Source: Candidatus Sericytochromatia bacterium (lineage in GTDB: Bacteria > Cyanobacteriota > Sericytochromatia > S15B-MN24 > UBA4093). Taken from it: 64,000 nucleotides of DNA. The notes beneath the pieces were generated by a model. That model was not told the DNA's origin. It saw only the letters and a list, made by a program, of their open reading frames with translations, and made no database searches. Positions 35,929 to 47,319 of this stretch are shown here, piece after piece. The stretch covers positions 1 to 64,000 of the forward strand of contig JAKFCT010000082.1 of assembly GCA_036676495.1 (NCBI GenBank). Direction: 5' to 3'. How positions within the stretch are numbered: position 1 is the stretch's first letter; each line of letters begins with the position of its first letter. Made by a program: the position numbers and the translations under genes.

Positions 35929-38100
35929 ATGAACGGAGCGGTTGCGACCGAGAGCTTGGTCACCACCATCAGCAAGTATATGACGCCCGAGGAGGTCAAC
36001 CTCGTCGAGCGCGCCTATGATTTTGCCCACCAGATGCATGAGGGCCAGTTCCGCAAGTCGGAGGAGCCTTACATCATCCACCCCTACGAGGTGGCGCTGA
36101 TCCTTGCGCAGCTCGAGGCCGACGGTGCCACCGTCGCCGCGGGCCTCCTGCATGACGTCCTCGAAGACACCGACACCACCCCCGAAGAACTCGCCAAGCG
36201 CTTCGGTCCCGACGTCGCCCGCATCGTGCAGGGCGTCACCAAGCTGGGCAAGCTCACCTTCTCCAGCAAGGAAGAGCGCCAGGCCGAGAACTTCCGCCGC
36301 ATGTTCGTGGCCATGGCCCAGGACGTGCGGGTGATCATGGTGAAGCTCTGCGATCGCCTGCACAACATGCGCACTCTCAAGCACATGCGCGCCGAGAAGC
36401 AGCAGGAAATCTCGAAGGAGACCCTGGAGATCTTCGCTCCGCTGGCCCACCGACTCGGTATGGGACGGATCAAGTGGGAGCTCGAGGACTGGTCCCTGCG
36501 CTACCTGCATCCCGAGGCCTACTACGAGATCGCCAAGCTCCTCGGCGAGAAGCGCGACGAGCGCGAGCGCTACATCGAGGAGATCGTCGGCCGCATCCAG
36601 GACGAGGTCCGCCGGGTCGGCGTCAACGCCAACGTCTACGGTCGCGCCAAGCACTTCTTCTCCATCTGGAACAAGATGGAGAAGAACCGCAAGGAATTCA
36701 ACGACCTCTTCGACATCACCGCCGTGCGCGTCCTGGTCGACAACATCAAGGAGTGCTACGAGGTCCTGGGCATCGTTCACTCCATCTGGCGCCCGATTCC
36801 CGGACGCTTCAAAGACTACATCGCGATGCCCAAGCCCAACCTCTACCAGTCGCTGCATACCTCGGTGATCGGGCCGGGCGGCAAGCCGGTGGAGGTGCAG
36901 ATCCGCACGTTCGAGATGCACCGCGTCGCCGAGTTCGGTATCGCCGCCCACTGGCGCTACAAGGAAGGCGGCGCCGCGAGCCAGCAGCCCGAACAGACCT
37001 TCACCTGGCTGCGCCAGCTGCTCGACTGGCAGGGCGAGGTCCGCGATTCCCAGGAGTACGTCAACACCGTCAAGGAGGACCTGTTCTCCGAGGAGGTCTT
37101 CGTCTTCTCGCCGCGCGGGGACGTCGTCGACCTCCCGTCGGGCGCGACCCCTGTCGACTTCGCCTACCGGGTCCATACCGAGGTCGGCAACCGCTGCATC
37201 GGGGCCAAGGTGAACGGCCGCATCGTCACGCTCGACACCCGCCTCAAGACCGGGGACATCGTCGAGATCATGACCTCGAAGACCAGCAAGCCCTCTCTGG
37301 ACTGGCTGAACTTTGTCTCGGCAAACTCCACCAAGAACAAGATTCGCGCCTGGTTCAAGAAGCAGCGCCGCGAGGAGAATATCCAGACCGGCCGGGACGT
37401 GCTGGAGCGCGAGCTCGGAAAAGACTCGCTCGACCAGTTCCTCAAGCTGGGCAAGGAAACCCAGCTCGCCGACAAGTTCAACTACTCGAACTTCGACGAC
37501 CTGCTGGCGGCGGTCGGCTACGGAGAGCGAACGGCCTTGCAGGTCGCCAACCGGATCCGCTTGGACTTCCTGCCCCAGCCGGAAGTGACCCCCGAGCAGT
37601 TCAGCACCAAGCTTCCCACCAAGGAGCGCCGTGGTACCGGCATCCTGGTCAACGGGGATGCCGGCATGCTGCTCAACCTCTCCAAGTGCTGCGCTCCGGT
37701 GCCGGGTGAAGCCATCATGGGCACGGTGACCCGGGGACGGGGCATCTCGGTGCATGCCTCGGACTGTCCGAACCTCTTGGCCGTGGAGCCCGAGCGGCGC
37801 CTCGCCGTCGAGTGGGGAGCCAACACCAGCCAGGCGAGCTACCCGGTGGAAGTGGCCGTCGAGGTCATCGACCGGGTGGGCATCCTCAAGGACATCACCA
37901 TCAAGATTGCCGATACCAAGACCAACATCCGCACGGTGAAGGTCCGTCCCGCCAAGGACAAGATCGTGGTCATCACCCTGATCCTGGAGGTGGTCGACAT
38001 GGCCCATCTCAACCGGGTGCTGGCGACCATCGGGCGGATCTCGGACGTCATCAAGGCCTATCGGGTGGCGCGGAGCCCCCGCCGAGGAAAGAAATCGTGA
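35929..38100 (+). CDS. relA: Bifunctional (p)ppGpp synthetase/hydrolase (long RSH)
   Basis: HD domain (LLHDVLED), RFKDYIAMPKPNLYQSLHT, EVQIRT, TGS, ACT. Confidence 0.96.
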   Translation: MNGAVATESLVTTISKYMTPEEVNLVERAYDFAHQMHEGQFRKSEEPYIIHPYEVALILAQLEADGATVAAGLLHDVLEDTDTTPEELAKRFGPDVARIVQGVTKLGKLTFSSKEERQAENFRRMFVAMAQDVRVIMVKLCDRLHNMRTLKHMRAEKQQEISKETLEIFAPLAHRLGMGRIKWELEDWSLRYLHPEAYYEIAKLLGEKRDERERYIEEIVGRIQDEVRRVGVNANVYGRAKHFFSIWNKMEKNRKEFNDLFDITAVRVLVDNIKECYEVLGIVHSIWRPIPGRFKDYIAMPKPNLYQSLHTSVIGPGGKPVEVQIRTFEMHRVAEFGIAAHWRYKEGGAASQQPEQTFTWLRQLLDWQGEVRDSQEYVNTVKEDLFSEEVFVFSPRGDVVDLPSGATPVDFAYRVHTEVGNRCIGAKVNGRIVTLDTRLKTGDIVEIMTSKTSKPSLDWLNFVSANSTKNKIRAWFKKQRREENIQTGRDVLERELGKDSLDQFLKLGKETQLADKFNYSNFDDLLAAVGYGERTALQVANRIRLDFLPQPEVTPEQFSTKLPTKERRGTGILVNGDAGMLLNLSKCCAPVPGEAIMGTVTRGRGISVHASDCPNLLAVEPERRLAVEWGANTSQASYPVEVAVEVIDRVGILKDITIKIADTKTNIRTVKVRPAKDKIVVITLILEVVDMAHLNRVLATIGRISDVIKAYRVARSPRRGKKS

Positions 38101-38702
38101 CCCAGAAGAAACTGCGCGTCGTGCTCGCCACGACCAACCGCCACAAGCTCGACGAGCTCCAGCGGATGCTCGCCGATTCCCCCGTCGAACTGGTGATGCC
38201 TCCGCATGCCATCGAGGTGGACGAGACCGGAGAGACGTTCCGCGAGAACGCCCGGCTCAAGGCCCGGACTTACGCGCGCCTGCTTGGCGAGCCGACCCTG
38301 GCGGATGATTCCGGCCTCTCGGTGGATGCCCTCGATGGGCGCCCCGGAGTGCATTCGGCCCGCTACGCCGGAGCCAACGCCACGGATGCCGATCGCAATC
38401 GCAAGCTCCTGGGGGAGCTCGCGCGCGTCCCCGACGCCGAGCGTGGCGGAAGCTTCCACTGCGCTCTGGTCCTGGCCTGGCCGGGCGGCGACGAGCTGAC
38501 GGTCGAGGGCATGGTGAGCGGCCGGATTCTCCACGAGCCCCGCGGAGAGCATGGCTTCGGTTACGACCCGGTCTTCTACGTGCCGTCCCTGGACAAGACC
38601 TTCGCCGAGCTCACGCCCGAGGAGAAGAACGTTCACTCGCACCGCGCCAAGGCTGCCGCTTTGCTGGTCGAGGCGCTCCAGCATGCGACTGCTCGTCGTT
38701 AG
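38097..38702 (+). CDS. rdgB: Non-canonical purine NTP pyrophosphatase
   Basis: ATTNRHK, ADDSGL, PGVHSAR, GFGYDP, SHR; GTGA overlap with relA stop. Confidence 0.93.
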   Translation: MTQKKLRVVLATTNRHKLDELQRMLADSPVELVMPPHAIEVDETGETFRENARLKARTYARLLGEPTLADDSGLSVDALDGRPGVHSARYAGANATDADRNRKLLGELARVPDAERGGSFHCALVLAWPGGDELTVEGMVSGRILHEPRGEHGFGYDPVFYVPSLDKTFAELTPEEKNVHSHRAKAAALLVEALQHATARR

Positions 38703-39153
38703 CGATACCCACGGCGAAGCCCCGCTCCATCGAATCGCGGACCTGGGCGCGGCCTGCGATCTCATCGTTCACCTGGGCGACGGGTTCAACGACGGCCAGA
38801 AGCTCTGCCTCATGCAGCCGACTCCCGTCATCCAGGTCCTGGGCAACGCCGACCTGCCCCTGAGCGTGGTCCCCGAGAAGGTCATCGAGATCGAAGGCTG
38901 GACCGTCCTGCTCACCCACGGCCACCTCTACGGCGTGAAGCGATCGCTGGTCGACCTGGTCGCCCATGCCGAGGCGATGGACGCGAATCTCGTCCTCTTC
39001 GGCCATGTGCATCGCCGCTGCTGGGAGGACGCGGGTCGGATCAAGGCTTTCTGCCCCTCGAGCGCCGCGTATTCCTACGATGGGACTCCCCCGTCGGTGG
39101 GCATCCTGGAGTTGAGTCCCGGAGAGATTCGCCACGAGTGGATCTCTCTGTAA
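38683..39153 (+). CDS. YfcE-family metallophosphoesterase
   Basis: SDTHG, HLGD, GNAD, THGH, FGHVH. Confidence 0.9.
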   Translation: MRLLVVSDTHGEAPLHRIADLGAACDLIVHLGDGFNDGQKLCLMQPTPVIQVLGNADLPLSVVPEKVIEIEGWTVLLTHGHLYGVKRSLVDLVAHAEAMDANLVLFGHVHRRCWEDAGRIKAFCPSSAAYSYDGTPPSVGILELSPGEIRHEWISL

Positions 39154-39320
39154 TCTTCCCTAATTTGTCCCCCCTCGACGGGGGGACCGGCGAAGCCGAG
39201 GGGGGTGTTACTGCTCCCAGGTTCCTTATTGCGAGGAACGCCATGGCTACGCCGGCCAACACCCCCCTGCCGGCTGCGCCGGCCGTCCCCCCGTCAAGGG
39301 GGGACAATTAGCGGAAAATT
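39152..39320. repeat. REP-doublet/MITE-like palindromic element, copy 1
   Basis: Terminal inverted 23-mers TTGTCCCCCCTYGACGGGGGGAC around a palindromic core; second copy at 52713-52876. Confidence 0.85.
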
Positions 39321-41010
39321 ACAGGCCCAGTTCGGCCGCGCACGCTTCCATCAGCGGCTTGAAGACGTCCGGATCGAAGGGGCTCTGAAGCTCGCCCGAC
39401 TGGAAGATGTCCAGCACCGACTGGGTGCCGCCGATATGGCAGAGCTTCAGGTAGATCTCCATGGTCCGGTCGTGATCGTCCTGCGCCTTCCGCCAGAGCT
39501 GCATGGCGCCCGATTCGGCGATGCCGTAATCGATGTAGTAGAAGGGCGATTCGTAGATGTGGGCCTGATACTTCCAGCGCGCCGGCTTGTACTCCTCGAC
39601 GCCCTCCCAGTCGACTCCCACCATGAAGGTGTCCCAGATCCGGCACCACTCGGCGTCGCGCTCCTCGGCGGTATGCGCGGGGTTCTCGTAGACCCAGTGC
39701 TGGAAGGCGTCGACGGTGGCGATGTAGGGCAAGAGCACCACCGTTTCGATCAGCTTGAGCTGGCGGAACTTCGCGGCGTCCTCCGGCGTGAAGTAGGCCT
39801 CGATCTCGCGCAGGGCCAGGAACTCCATGCCCATCGAGTGGATCTCGGCGGCGTCAGAGGTGGGCCAGCGAAGCTCCAGGGGCTCGATCCAGCCGGATTC
39901 CCAGGCCTGGAAGGCGTGTCCCATCTCGTGGTTGAGGGTTCCGATATCCTCCGAGGCGCCCGTGCTGTTGCAGAGGATGGCGACCAGCCCCTCGTCATCG
40001 AAGGTGGTGCAGAAGGCGCCGGGCTGCTTGCCGGGGCGGTTCTCGAGGTCGATCAGCTTCTCCGCGACCATCCGCTGGAAGTGGGCCAGCAGCTTCGGGT
40101 GCATCCGACCGAAGAGCTTCTCGGCGTTCGCGAGCTGGGTTTCGATGGGGGCCACCGTGGGCGAGAGCGAGAAGCCGGGGAAGTAGCTCATGTCCCAGGG
40201 CCTCACGGTTTCGGCGCCCAGGGCCTTGGCTTGCATCTTGCGGATCTTGGCGGCCAGGGGCACCACGTGGCGGAGGATGCCCTCGCGGAAGGCCGCGGCC
40301 TGAGCGGGGCCGTAGTCCGTGCGGTACATGCCCCGGTAGCCCATGGGGATGAAGTTGGCTTCGTCCAGGTTCCGGGCGCGCTGGTGGCGGCGTGCGACCA
40401 GCTCGGAGTAGAAGCCGTGAAGCTCGGGAGCCTTCGCGTTGATCCAGCGGGCGACGGCGAGCCAGGCTTCCTTGCGAACCGCGGAGTCGGGATCGCTGAA
40501 GCGGGCGCGGGCCCGGGGCAGGGTCAGGATCTCGTCACCGACCGGAATCTGGGCCGAACCGAGCACCTTCTGGTAGTCGGCTCCGATCTCCCCTTCCTCG
40601 ATGACCAGGGGGATGTTCACTGCGGCGAAGGATTCTTGTTCGAGCTCGAAGTACCGGAAGAGGAGCTTCCCGAAGCGGGCTTCCAGGTGGTCACGATGCT
40701 GGGAGGCCAGCAGGATCTCGCGAACCTTGGCGTTGACGACTTCGGCGATGGGCTGAATCTGCTCGCGGAAGTACCGGACTGCCTCTTCGGCCTGGGTGTC
40801 CTGGGTGTTCTGCGCTTCACGGTAGTGACGGCGGGACGATTCCCCGGCGAGGACCTTCTTGAACGCGTTCCAGCGGAGGAAGAACGCCTCCCAGTCCGCA
40901 GGCTCGTCGGGCATGGCCTTGAGCTGGGCGAGGAGGTCGTCGAACGTGGTTTGGACGTAGTCGGCCGTGAGGTTTGCGGGACGCCGCAGGGTAGGGTTGG
41001 GAGCAGCCAT
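39319..41010 (-). CDS. M3-family oligoendopeptidase
   Basis: RPGKQPGAFCT, HEMGHAFQ, AEIHSMGME, PFYYIDY. Confidence 0.92.
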   Translation of the reverse strand: MAAPNPTLRRPANLTADYVQTTFDDLLAQLKAMPDEPADWEAFFLRWNAFKKVLAGESSRRHYREAQNTQDTQAEEAVRYFREQIQPIAEVVNAKVREILLASQHRDHLEARFGKLLFRYFELEQESFAAVNIPLVIEEGEIGADYQKVLGSAQIPVGDEILTLPRARARFSDPDSAVRKEAWLAVARWINAKAPELHGFYSELVARRHQRARNLDEANFIPMGYRGMYRTDYGPAQAAAFREGILRHVVPLAAKIRKMQAKALGAETVRPWDMSYFPGFSLSPTVAPIETQLANAEKLFGRMHPKLLAHFQRMVAEKLIDLENRPGKQPGAFCTTFDDEGLVAILCNSTGASEDIGTLNHEMGHAFQAWESGWIEPLELRWPTSDAAEIHSMGMEFLALREIEAYFTPEDAAKFRQLKLIETVVLLPYIATVDAFQHWVYENPAHTAEERDAEWCRIWDTFMVGVDWEGVEEYKPARWKYQAHIYESPFYYIDYGIAESGAMQLWRKAQDDHDRTMEIYLKLCHIGGTQSVLDIFQSGELQSPFDPDVFKPLMEACAAELGL

Positions 41011-41143
41011 CGTGGGGTCCTTTCCAGGCGCAGGGCATGAGCGGAAGCTGGCTACCCCTATTATTCCATGTTTCTGGGATCCATGACGAAGCAGGCTATG
41101 GACTGCTCACGAGCCGCGGACGCCGACGATGCAGGCGGGAGGC

Positions 41144-41515
41144 TCACTCCGTTCCGATCAGCGTCTCCACGGGCCTGGGCTCGATCGACAGGCCCGCCGA
41201 TTTCCATGCGCTCATCCCCCCCTGGAGCGGGTGGGCATTCCGATACCCTTGCCCGATGAGCTTCTCGGCCACTTGGGCGCTCAGCTCCTCGTCCGGGCTG
41301 TCATCGTACGTCACGATCAGCTGATCCTTGCGCGCCGAGAGCAAGATGCGATCGGCCTTGAGGATGTCCATGGGATCGAACCAGAAGGAGGCCGGGATCT
41401 GGCGGTCGTCGCGCCGGGGGCGCGCGTCCAGGATGAAGATCGCCTCACCCGCGTCCAGGCACTCCTTCACCCGGGTGGGGGAGATACGGGAAACCTCGGA
41501 AGCGCTTTGGCTCAT
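41144..41515 (-). CDS. Rhodanese-like domain protein (no catalytic Cys)
   Basis: ILDAR, IPAS, IVTYD, LQGGMSAW. Confidence 0.75.
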   Translation of the reverse strand: MSQSASEVSRISPTRVKECLDAGEAIFILDARPRRDDRQIPASFWFDPMDILKADRILLSARKDQLIVTYDDSPDEELSAQVAEKLIGQGYRNAHPLQGGMSAWKSAGLSIEPRPVETLIGTE

Positions 41516-41637
41516 GCTGCCCTCCATGCCGTCGTCGCGCTCGCGGCCCGGATCCCGGGAGCGAGGCTGCCCCCAAGACTCGGCATGCGAAGCATGATGC
41601 GCCGTCCGGGGAGGCTCCGCAAGGTTCGATTCGTGGG

Positions 41638-41850
41638 CTATGGCGACGTCGAGGGCGATGCCGGGCCGCGAAGCGCCTCGCCGGCCGAGCGAAGATCAGC
41701 CGCACCGTTGGCCTTGGGGGCGATCAGATCGGTGTCGTGGGTGAGCGTCTTGATGCGCTCGGCCTCGTAACGTCGGGCCGGGGTGGACTGAGGCTCGGCC
41801 TTCTGGCAGCCGGCGGTGACGAGCAGCGTCAGGATCAATAGGTTTCGCAT
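41638..41850 (-). CDS. Small putative lipoprotein (70 aa)
   Basis: MRNLLILTLLVTAGC lipobox-like signal. Confidence 0.5.
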   Translation of the reverse strand: MRNLLILTLLVTAGCQKAEPQSTPARRYEAERIKTLTHDTDLIAPKANGAADLRSAGEALRGPASPSTSP

Positions 41851-41953
41851 GGCACCATCATACCGAACCTCCGCCGCGGGAGTCGACCGTCCCCCGCCGC
41901 CCGCCGCCGCGGGCAAGTCGCGGGCGAACGGGGGAGGGGTTCGGTGGGAATGA

Positions 41954-42829
41954 TCAGGAGAGCTTGGTGACGAATTCGCGAAGCCGGCCCTTGGAGAGGC
42001 GATCGCCCGCGATCTCGGCGACCTTCGCCTCCCGCTCCTCGGGGGTCAGGCCCGCGAAGGCCATTTCCAGCAGGTCGGTGAGCACCGAGCGCTCGGATTT
42101 GCTGAAGGACGTGGCCTTGAGCGTGTGCTCCTCGAAGACGGCCCAGGTCTCGGGCCAGAGCTTGCGGATGATCTCGGCCAGGGCGTTGGCGTAGACCCGG
42201 ATCTCGTACTGGGCATTGGGAGCCATGCGCAGGTTGAGGAAGTGCATCCAGTTGCGAAGATTCGCCTGGGCGCGGAAGCGCGTGTACTGGCTGAGCGGCA
42301 TGTTGATGCGGGCGACTTCGCGGGCCAGGCCCTGCTCCAGGTACCACTCGTAGTTCTCGCGCACCAGGCGCTGCTCGGCGTTCATCCGCTCCAGCATCTC
42401 CGCGCGCAGCTCGGGGGAGAGCGCGCCCTCGGAGCCCTGCTTGTTGGTCAGGGACTGTGGCTGGAGCCGATCGGACTCGGGCATGTACTGGATGTCCGGC
42501 ATCTCCATGTACCGTCCCGAGGCTTCGTTGTAGCTCTGGGTCCGGTGGCGGTGCCACTCGGAGCGAACGAAGAGCGGGCACTGGACCTCGATCTGCAGGA
42601 CCGCCATCTCGAAGGGAGTGGCATGGGCGTGGCGCCAGAGGTAGTCCCGGGTGGCGGCGTCCTTGGCGGGATCGGCGCCCGTGGGGTTGCCGGTGCTCAT
42701 GCGGGCCGCCTCGAGCGGCGTGAGATCGTCGCCGAGGTGGGCGATGTACTTGATGTAGCCGTGATTGAGCAGGGGGATGGTGTCCGTGAGCGGATCGAGG
42801 TTCGGGGGAATCGCGGTGTCGCGGGTCAT
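41954..42829 (-). CDS. thyX: FAD-dependent thymidylate synthase
   Basis: HATPFE, RHRTQSYNEASGRY, NKQGS, AQYEIR. Confidence 0.95.
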   Translation of the reverse strand: MTRDTAIPPNLDPLTDTIPLLNHGYIKYIAHLGDDLTPLEAARMSTGNPTGADPAKDAATRDYLWRHAHATPFEMAVLQIEVQCPLFVRSEWHRHRTQSYNEASGRYMEMPDIQYMPESDRLQPQSLTNKQGSEGALSPELRAEMLERMNAEQRLVRENYEWYLEQGLAREVARINMPLSQYTRFRAQANLRNWMHFLNLRMAPNAQYEIRVYANALAEIIRKLWPETWAVFEEHTLKATSFSKSERSVLTDLLEMAFAGLTPEEREAKVAEIAGDRLSKGRLREFVTKLS

Positions 42830-42892
42830 GGCAAGTCCTTTGAATGACAAAGGCGGAACCTTTCGGCTCCGCCTCGTAGAATTCCTGGCGCT

Positions 42893-43114
42893 TTAAGCCT
42901 TCTTCTGACCCTTGGCGTTCAGGTTGTACTTCTTCATGAAGCGCTCGACGCGGCCTTCCGTGTCGACGATCTTCTGGGTGCCGGTGAAGAAGGGGTGGCA
43001 GGCCGAGCAAATTTCGGTCCGGATTTCCTTCTTGGTCGAACCGGTCTTAAAGGTGTTGCCACAAACGCAGGAGGCGTTCACCTGGTTGTAGACGGGATGG
43101 ATATTGGCTTTCAT
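42893..43114 (-). CDS. rpmE: 50S ribosomal protein L31 (Zn-binding type)
   Basis: [27 protein letters not shown]. Confidence 0.96.
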   Translation of the reverse strand: MKANIHPVYNQVNASCVCGNTFKTGSTKKEIRTEICSACHPFFTGTQKIVDTEGRVERFMKKYNLNAKGQKKA

Positions 43115-43474
43115 GAGAGCTCCTCGCGCCGATCCCGGTAGGCATGGGGTTGCCCACCATCGGACCTGTTTAATCAGACGAGGAGATAGCATACTCCATT
43201 AGCGGCCAGGGGTCAACGGGCGGCCTCCCGGCGATGATCGGCCGCAAAGGCCCCCAGGGCCAGCCTCTCAGACGTGTCGTGGGGACGTTCGAGGGGCATC
43301 GCCAAGCACCCTGCGAGGCCCGCTTTGGAGGCCGCAACCCGACGGCGCTTGTGCCGCTTTCTCCCATGGTATGATGAGGCTTTAAATCATCAACCCCATC
43401 GCCCGGAAGCCATTCCGGGCATGCGACTGGACGCAGGGAAGACATTTCCCCGGAAGGACTAGGGCGTTATCGAC

Positions 43475-46051
43475 ATGTTGAAGCTACTGGGCAAGGTACT
43501 GGGCGACGCCAACGAGCGCAAGATCAAATCCGTTCGTCCCATTCTGCAGCGCATCAACTCCTTGGAAGAGGAGATGGTGAGGCTCTCTGATGAGGATTTG
43601 CGCGGGAAGACCGCCGAATTCCGCCAGCGCCTCGCCAACGGAGCTCCGCTCGACTCCCTGTTGCCGGAAGCCTTCGCCACCGTGCGCGAGTCGGGCCGGC
43701 GCGTCCTCGGGATGCGTCACTTCGACGTCCAGATGATCGGCGGCATCTACCTCCACCGCGGCAACATTGCCGAGATGCGCACCGGTGAAGGCAAGACCCT
43801 GGTCTCCACCCTGCCCGCCTACCTCAACGCCCTTCCGGGCAAGGGCGTCCACGTCGTCACCGTCAACGACTACCTCGCCAAGCGCGACGCGGAGTGGATG
43901 GGCCAGATCCACCGCTTCCTCGGGCTCGAGGTCGGCCTGATCCAGAACCACCTCTTCCCCCACCAGCGCCGGATCGCCTACGGCGCCGACATCACCTACG
44001 CCACCAACAACGAGCTCGGCTTCGACTTCCTGCGCGACAACATGGCCCAGTCCCTCGAGGACTGCGTGCAGCGCGGCCTCCACTACGCGATCGTCGACGA
44101 GGTCGACTCGATCCTGGTGGACGAAGCCCGGACCCCCCTCATCATCTCGGGGCAGATCGAGCAGGACATCTCGCTCTATTCGAAGATCGCCCAGATCGTG
44201 ACCCGCCTGCAGCGCGAGGCCCATTACACCCTCGACGAGAAGGCCAAGAACGTCATCATGTCCGAGGACGGCATCACCGAGGCTGAGAAGCTGCTCGGCG
44301 TGCGGGACCTCTACGATGCCGCTAACCCCGAACTGGCTCACCACGTGACCCAGGCCCTGCGCGCCAAGGAAATCTACCTGCGCGACCGGGAGTACGTGGT
44401 CCGCCAGAACCCCGAGAACGGCGACATGGAAGTCGTGATCGTCGACGAGTTCACCGGCCGCCTCATGGTGGGACGTCGCTACTCGGACGGCCTCCACCAG
44501 GCCATCGAGGCCAAGGAGGGCGTGCCCATCCAGAACGAGACCCAGACGCTCGCGACCGTCACCTTCCAGAACTACTTCCGCATGTACGACAAGCTCGCCG
44601 GCATGACGGGGACCGCGGCCACCGAGGAAGCGGAGTTCGGCAAGATCTACAACCTCGAAGTCACGGTCATCCCCACCAACAAGCCAGTCCAGCGCAAGGA
44701 CCTCTCCGACGTGGTCTACAAGTCCGTCAAGGCCAAGTTCAATGCGGTGGCCGACGACATCCAGGAAGCCTACAAGCAGGGCCGTCCGGTCCTGGTGGGC
44801 ACCGTCTCGATCGAGAAGTCCGAGTTCCTCTCGGAGATTCTCAAGCAGCGCGGCGTCCCCCACTCGGTCCTCAACGCCAAGTACCACGAGCAAGAAGCCA
44901 AGATCGTCGCGCAGGCAGGACGTCTGGGAGCGATCACCATCGCCACCAACATGGCCGGCCGCGGGACCGACATCATCCTCGGCGGCAACCCGCAGGGGCT
45001 CGCCATGGACATGCTCCTCGACAAGGGCATCAACCCCGCGGAGGCCCCCGAAGCCGAGCTTCAGGCGGCCATCGAGGAAGCCACCCGGATCTGCGCCGAG
45101 GAGAAGCGGAAGGTCCTGGAGATGGGCGGCCTTCACATCATCGCCACCGAGCGCCATGAGAGCCGCCGCATCGACAACCAGCTGCGCGGCCGCGCCGGCC
45201 GTCAGGGCGACCCCGGCACCACCCGCTTCTACCTCTCGCTCGAGGACGACCTCATGCGCCTCTTCGGCGGCGATCGCATCTCCAAGCTCATGGATCGCAT
45301 GAACGTTCCCGAGGAGGAGGCCATCGAGTCCGGTCTCGTCACCAAGGCCATCGAGGGAGCCCAGCGGAAGGTCGAGGTCTACCACTTCAACATCCGTAAG
45401 CAGGTCCTCGAGTACGACAACGTCATGAACAAGCAGCGCGAGATCATCTACGCCGAGCGCCGCAAGGTGCTCGAGGGCGCCGACATGCAGGCCAACGTCC
45501 AGCAGATGATCAAGCGGGTCATGGAAGACCTGGTCGACCAGTACGCCAACTCCAACGTCAGCCGCGACGAGTGGGACTTCCACGGCCTCCACGCCTCGGC
45601 GGCGGATTACGCCCCGCTGCTGGGCCAGATCAGCGTCAAGGAGTTCGAGGACTGCCCGTCGCCCGAGGCGCTCAAGTCCTTCATGGTCGAGCAGGCGCTC
45701 GATGCCTACCAGGCCAAGGAAGCGACCATGGGCGCGGAGATGATGCGCCAGATCGAGCGCTACCTGATGCTGCGGATCATCGACTCCAAGTGGATCGAGC
45801 ACCTCCACGACATCGACGCCCTGCGCGACGGTATCGGGCTGCGGGCCTACGGCCAGAAGGATCCCCTGCGCGAGTACCAGCGCGAGGCCTATGACCTCTT
45901 CCAGGACCTCTTGAAGGCCATCCAGCATGACCTGATCAAGCAGGCCTTCCACATCCAGGTGGTCTACGACGTGCCCCCCATGGCGCCGCCGATGATCCAC
46001 AACATGGCCGCGTTCGGCCCCGAGGGAATCGACGAACAGGGCAACGCCTAA
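43475..46051 (+). CDS. secA: Preprotein translocase ATPase SecA
   Basis: [56 protein letters not shown]. Confidence 0.98.
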   Translation: MLKLLGKVLGDANERKIKSVRPILQRINSLEEEMVRLSDEDLRGKTAEFRQRLANGAPLDSLLPEAFATVRESGRRVLGMRHFDVQMIGGIYLHRGNIAEMRTGEGKTLVSTLPAYLNALPGKGVHVVTVNDYLAKRDAEWMGQIHRFLGLEVGLIQNHLFPHQRRIAYGADITYATNNELGFDFLRDNMAQSLEDCVQRGLHYAIVDEVDSILVDEARTPLIISGQIEQDISLYSKIAQIVTRLQREAHYTLDEKAKNVIMSEDGITEAEKLLGVRDLYDAANPELAHHVTQALRAKEIYLRDREYVVRQNPENGDMEVVIVDEFTGRLMVGRRYSDGLHQAIEAKEGVPIQNETQTLATVTFQNYFRMYDKLAGMTGTAATEEAEFGKIYNLEVTVIPTNKPVQRKDLSDVVYKSVKAKFNAVADDIQEAYKQGRPVLVGTVSIEKSEFLSEILKQRGVPHSVLNAKYHEQEAKIVAQAGRLGAITIATNMAGRGTDIILGGNPQGLAMDMLLDKGINPAEAPEAELQAAIEEATRICAEEKRKVLEMGGLHIIATERHESRRIDNQLRGRAGRQGDPGTTRFYLSLEDDLMRLFGGDRISKLMDRMNVPEEEAIESGLVTKAIEGAQRKVEVYHFNIRKQVLEYDNVMNKQREIIYAERRKVLEGADMQANVQQMIKRVMEDLVDQYANSNVSRDEWDFHGLHASAADYAPLLGQISVKEFEDCPSPEALKSFMVEQALDAYQAKEATMGAEMMRQIERYLMLRIIDSKWIEHLHDIDALRDGIGLRAYGQKDPLREYQREAYDLFQDLLKAIQHDLIKQAFHIQVVYDVPPMAPPMIHNMAAFGPEGIDEQGNA

Positions 46052-46060
46052 CCCATCCGC

Positions 46061-46097
46061 TGAAAGACCCGTGGCGACCCGCCGCGGGTCTTTCAAA
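46061..46097 (+). terminator. Hairpin after secA
   Basis: TGAAAGACCCGTGGCG...CGCCGCGGGTCTTTCA. Confidence 0.7.
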
Positions 46098-46183
46098 TCG
46101 TCCCCTTTTTCGGTAGAGTAAGTCTGTTCGCCCGCCTTTGAGCGCTTCTGTGGCGTTGCGGGCCGTCTATGAGGGAGTTTTTC

Positions 46184-47315
<1,132 letters not shown>

Positions 47316-47319
47316 CAAC

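Noticed and set aside
45950-46051. SecA lacking the C-terminal Zn-binding SEC-C motif
   Set aside because: Common in cyanobacterial and other SecA proteins; not evidence of truncation
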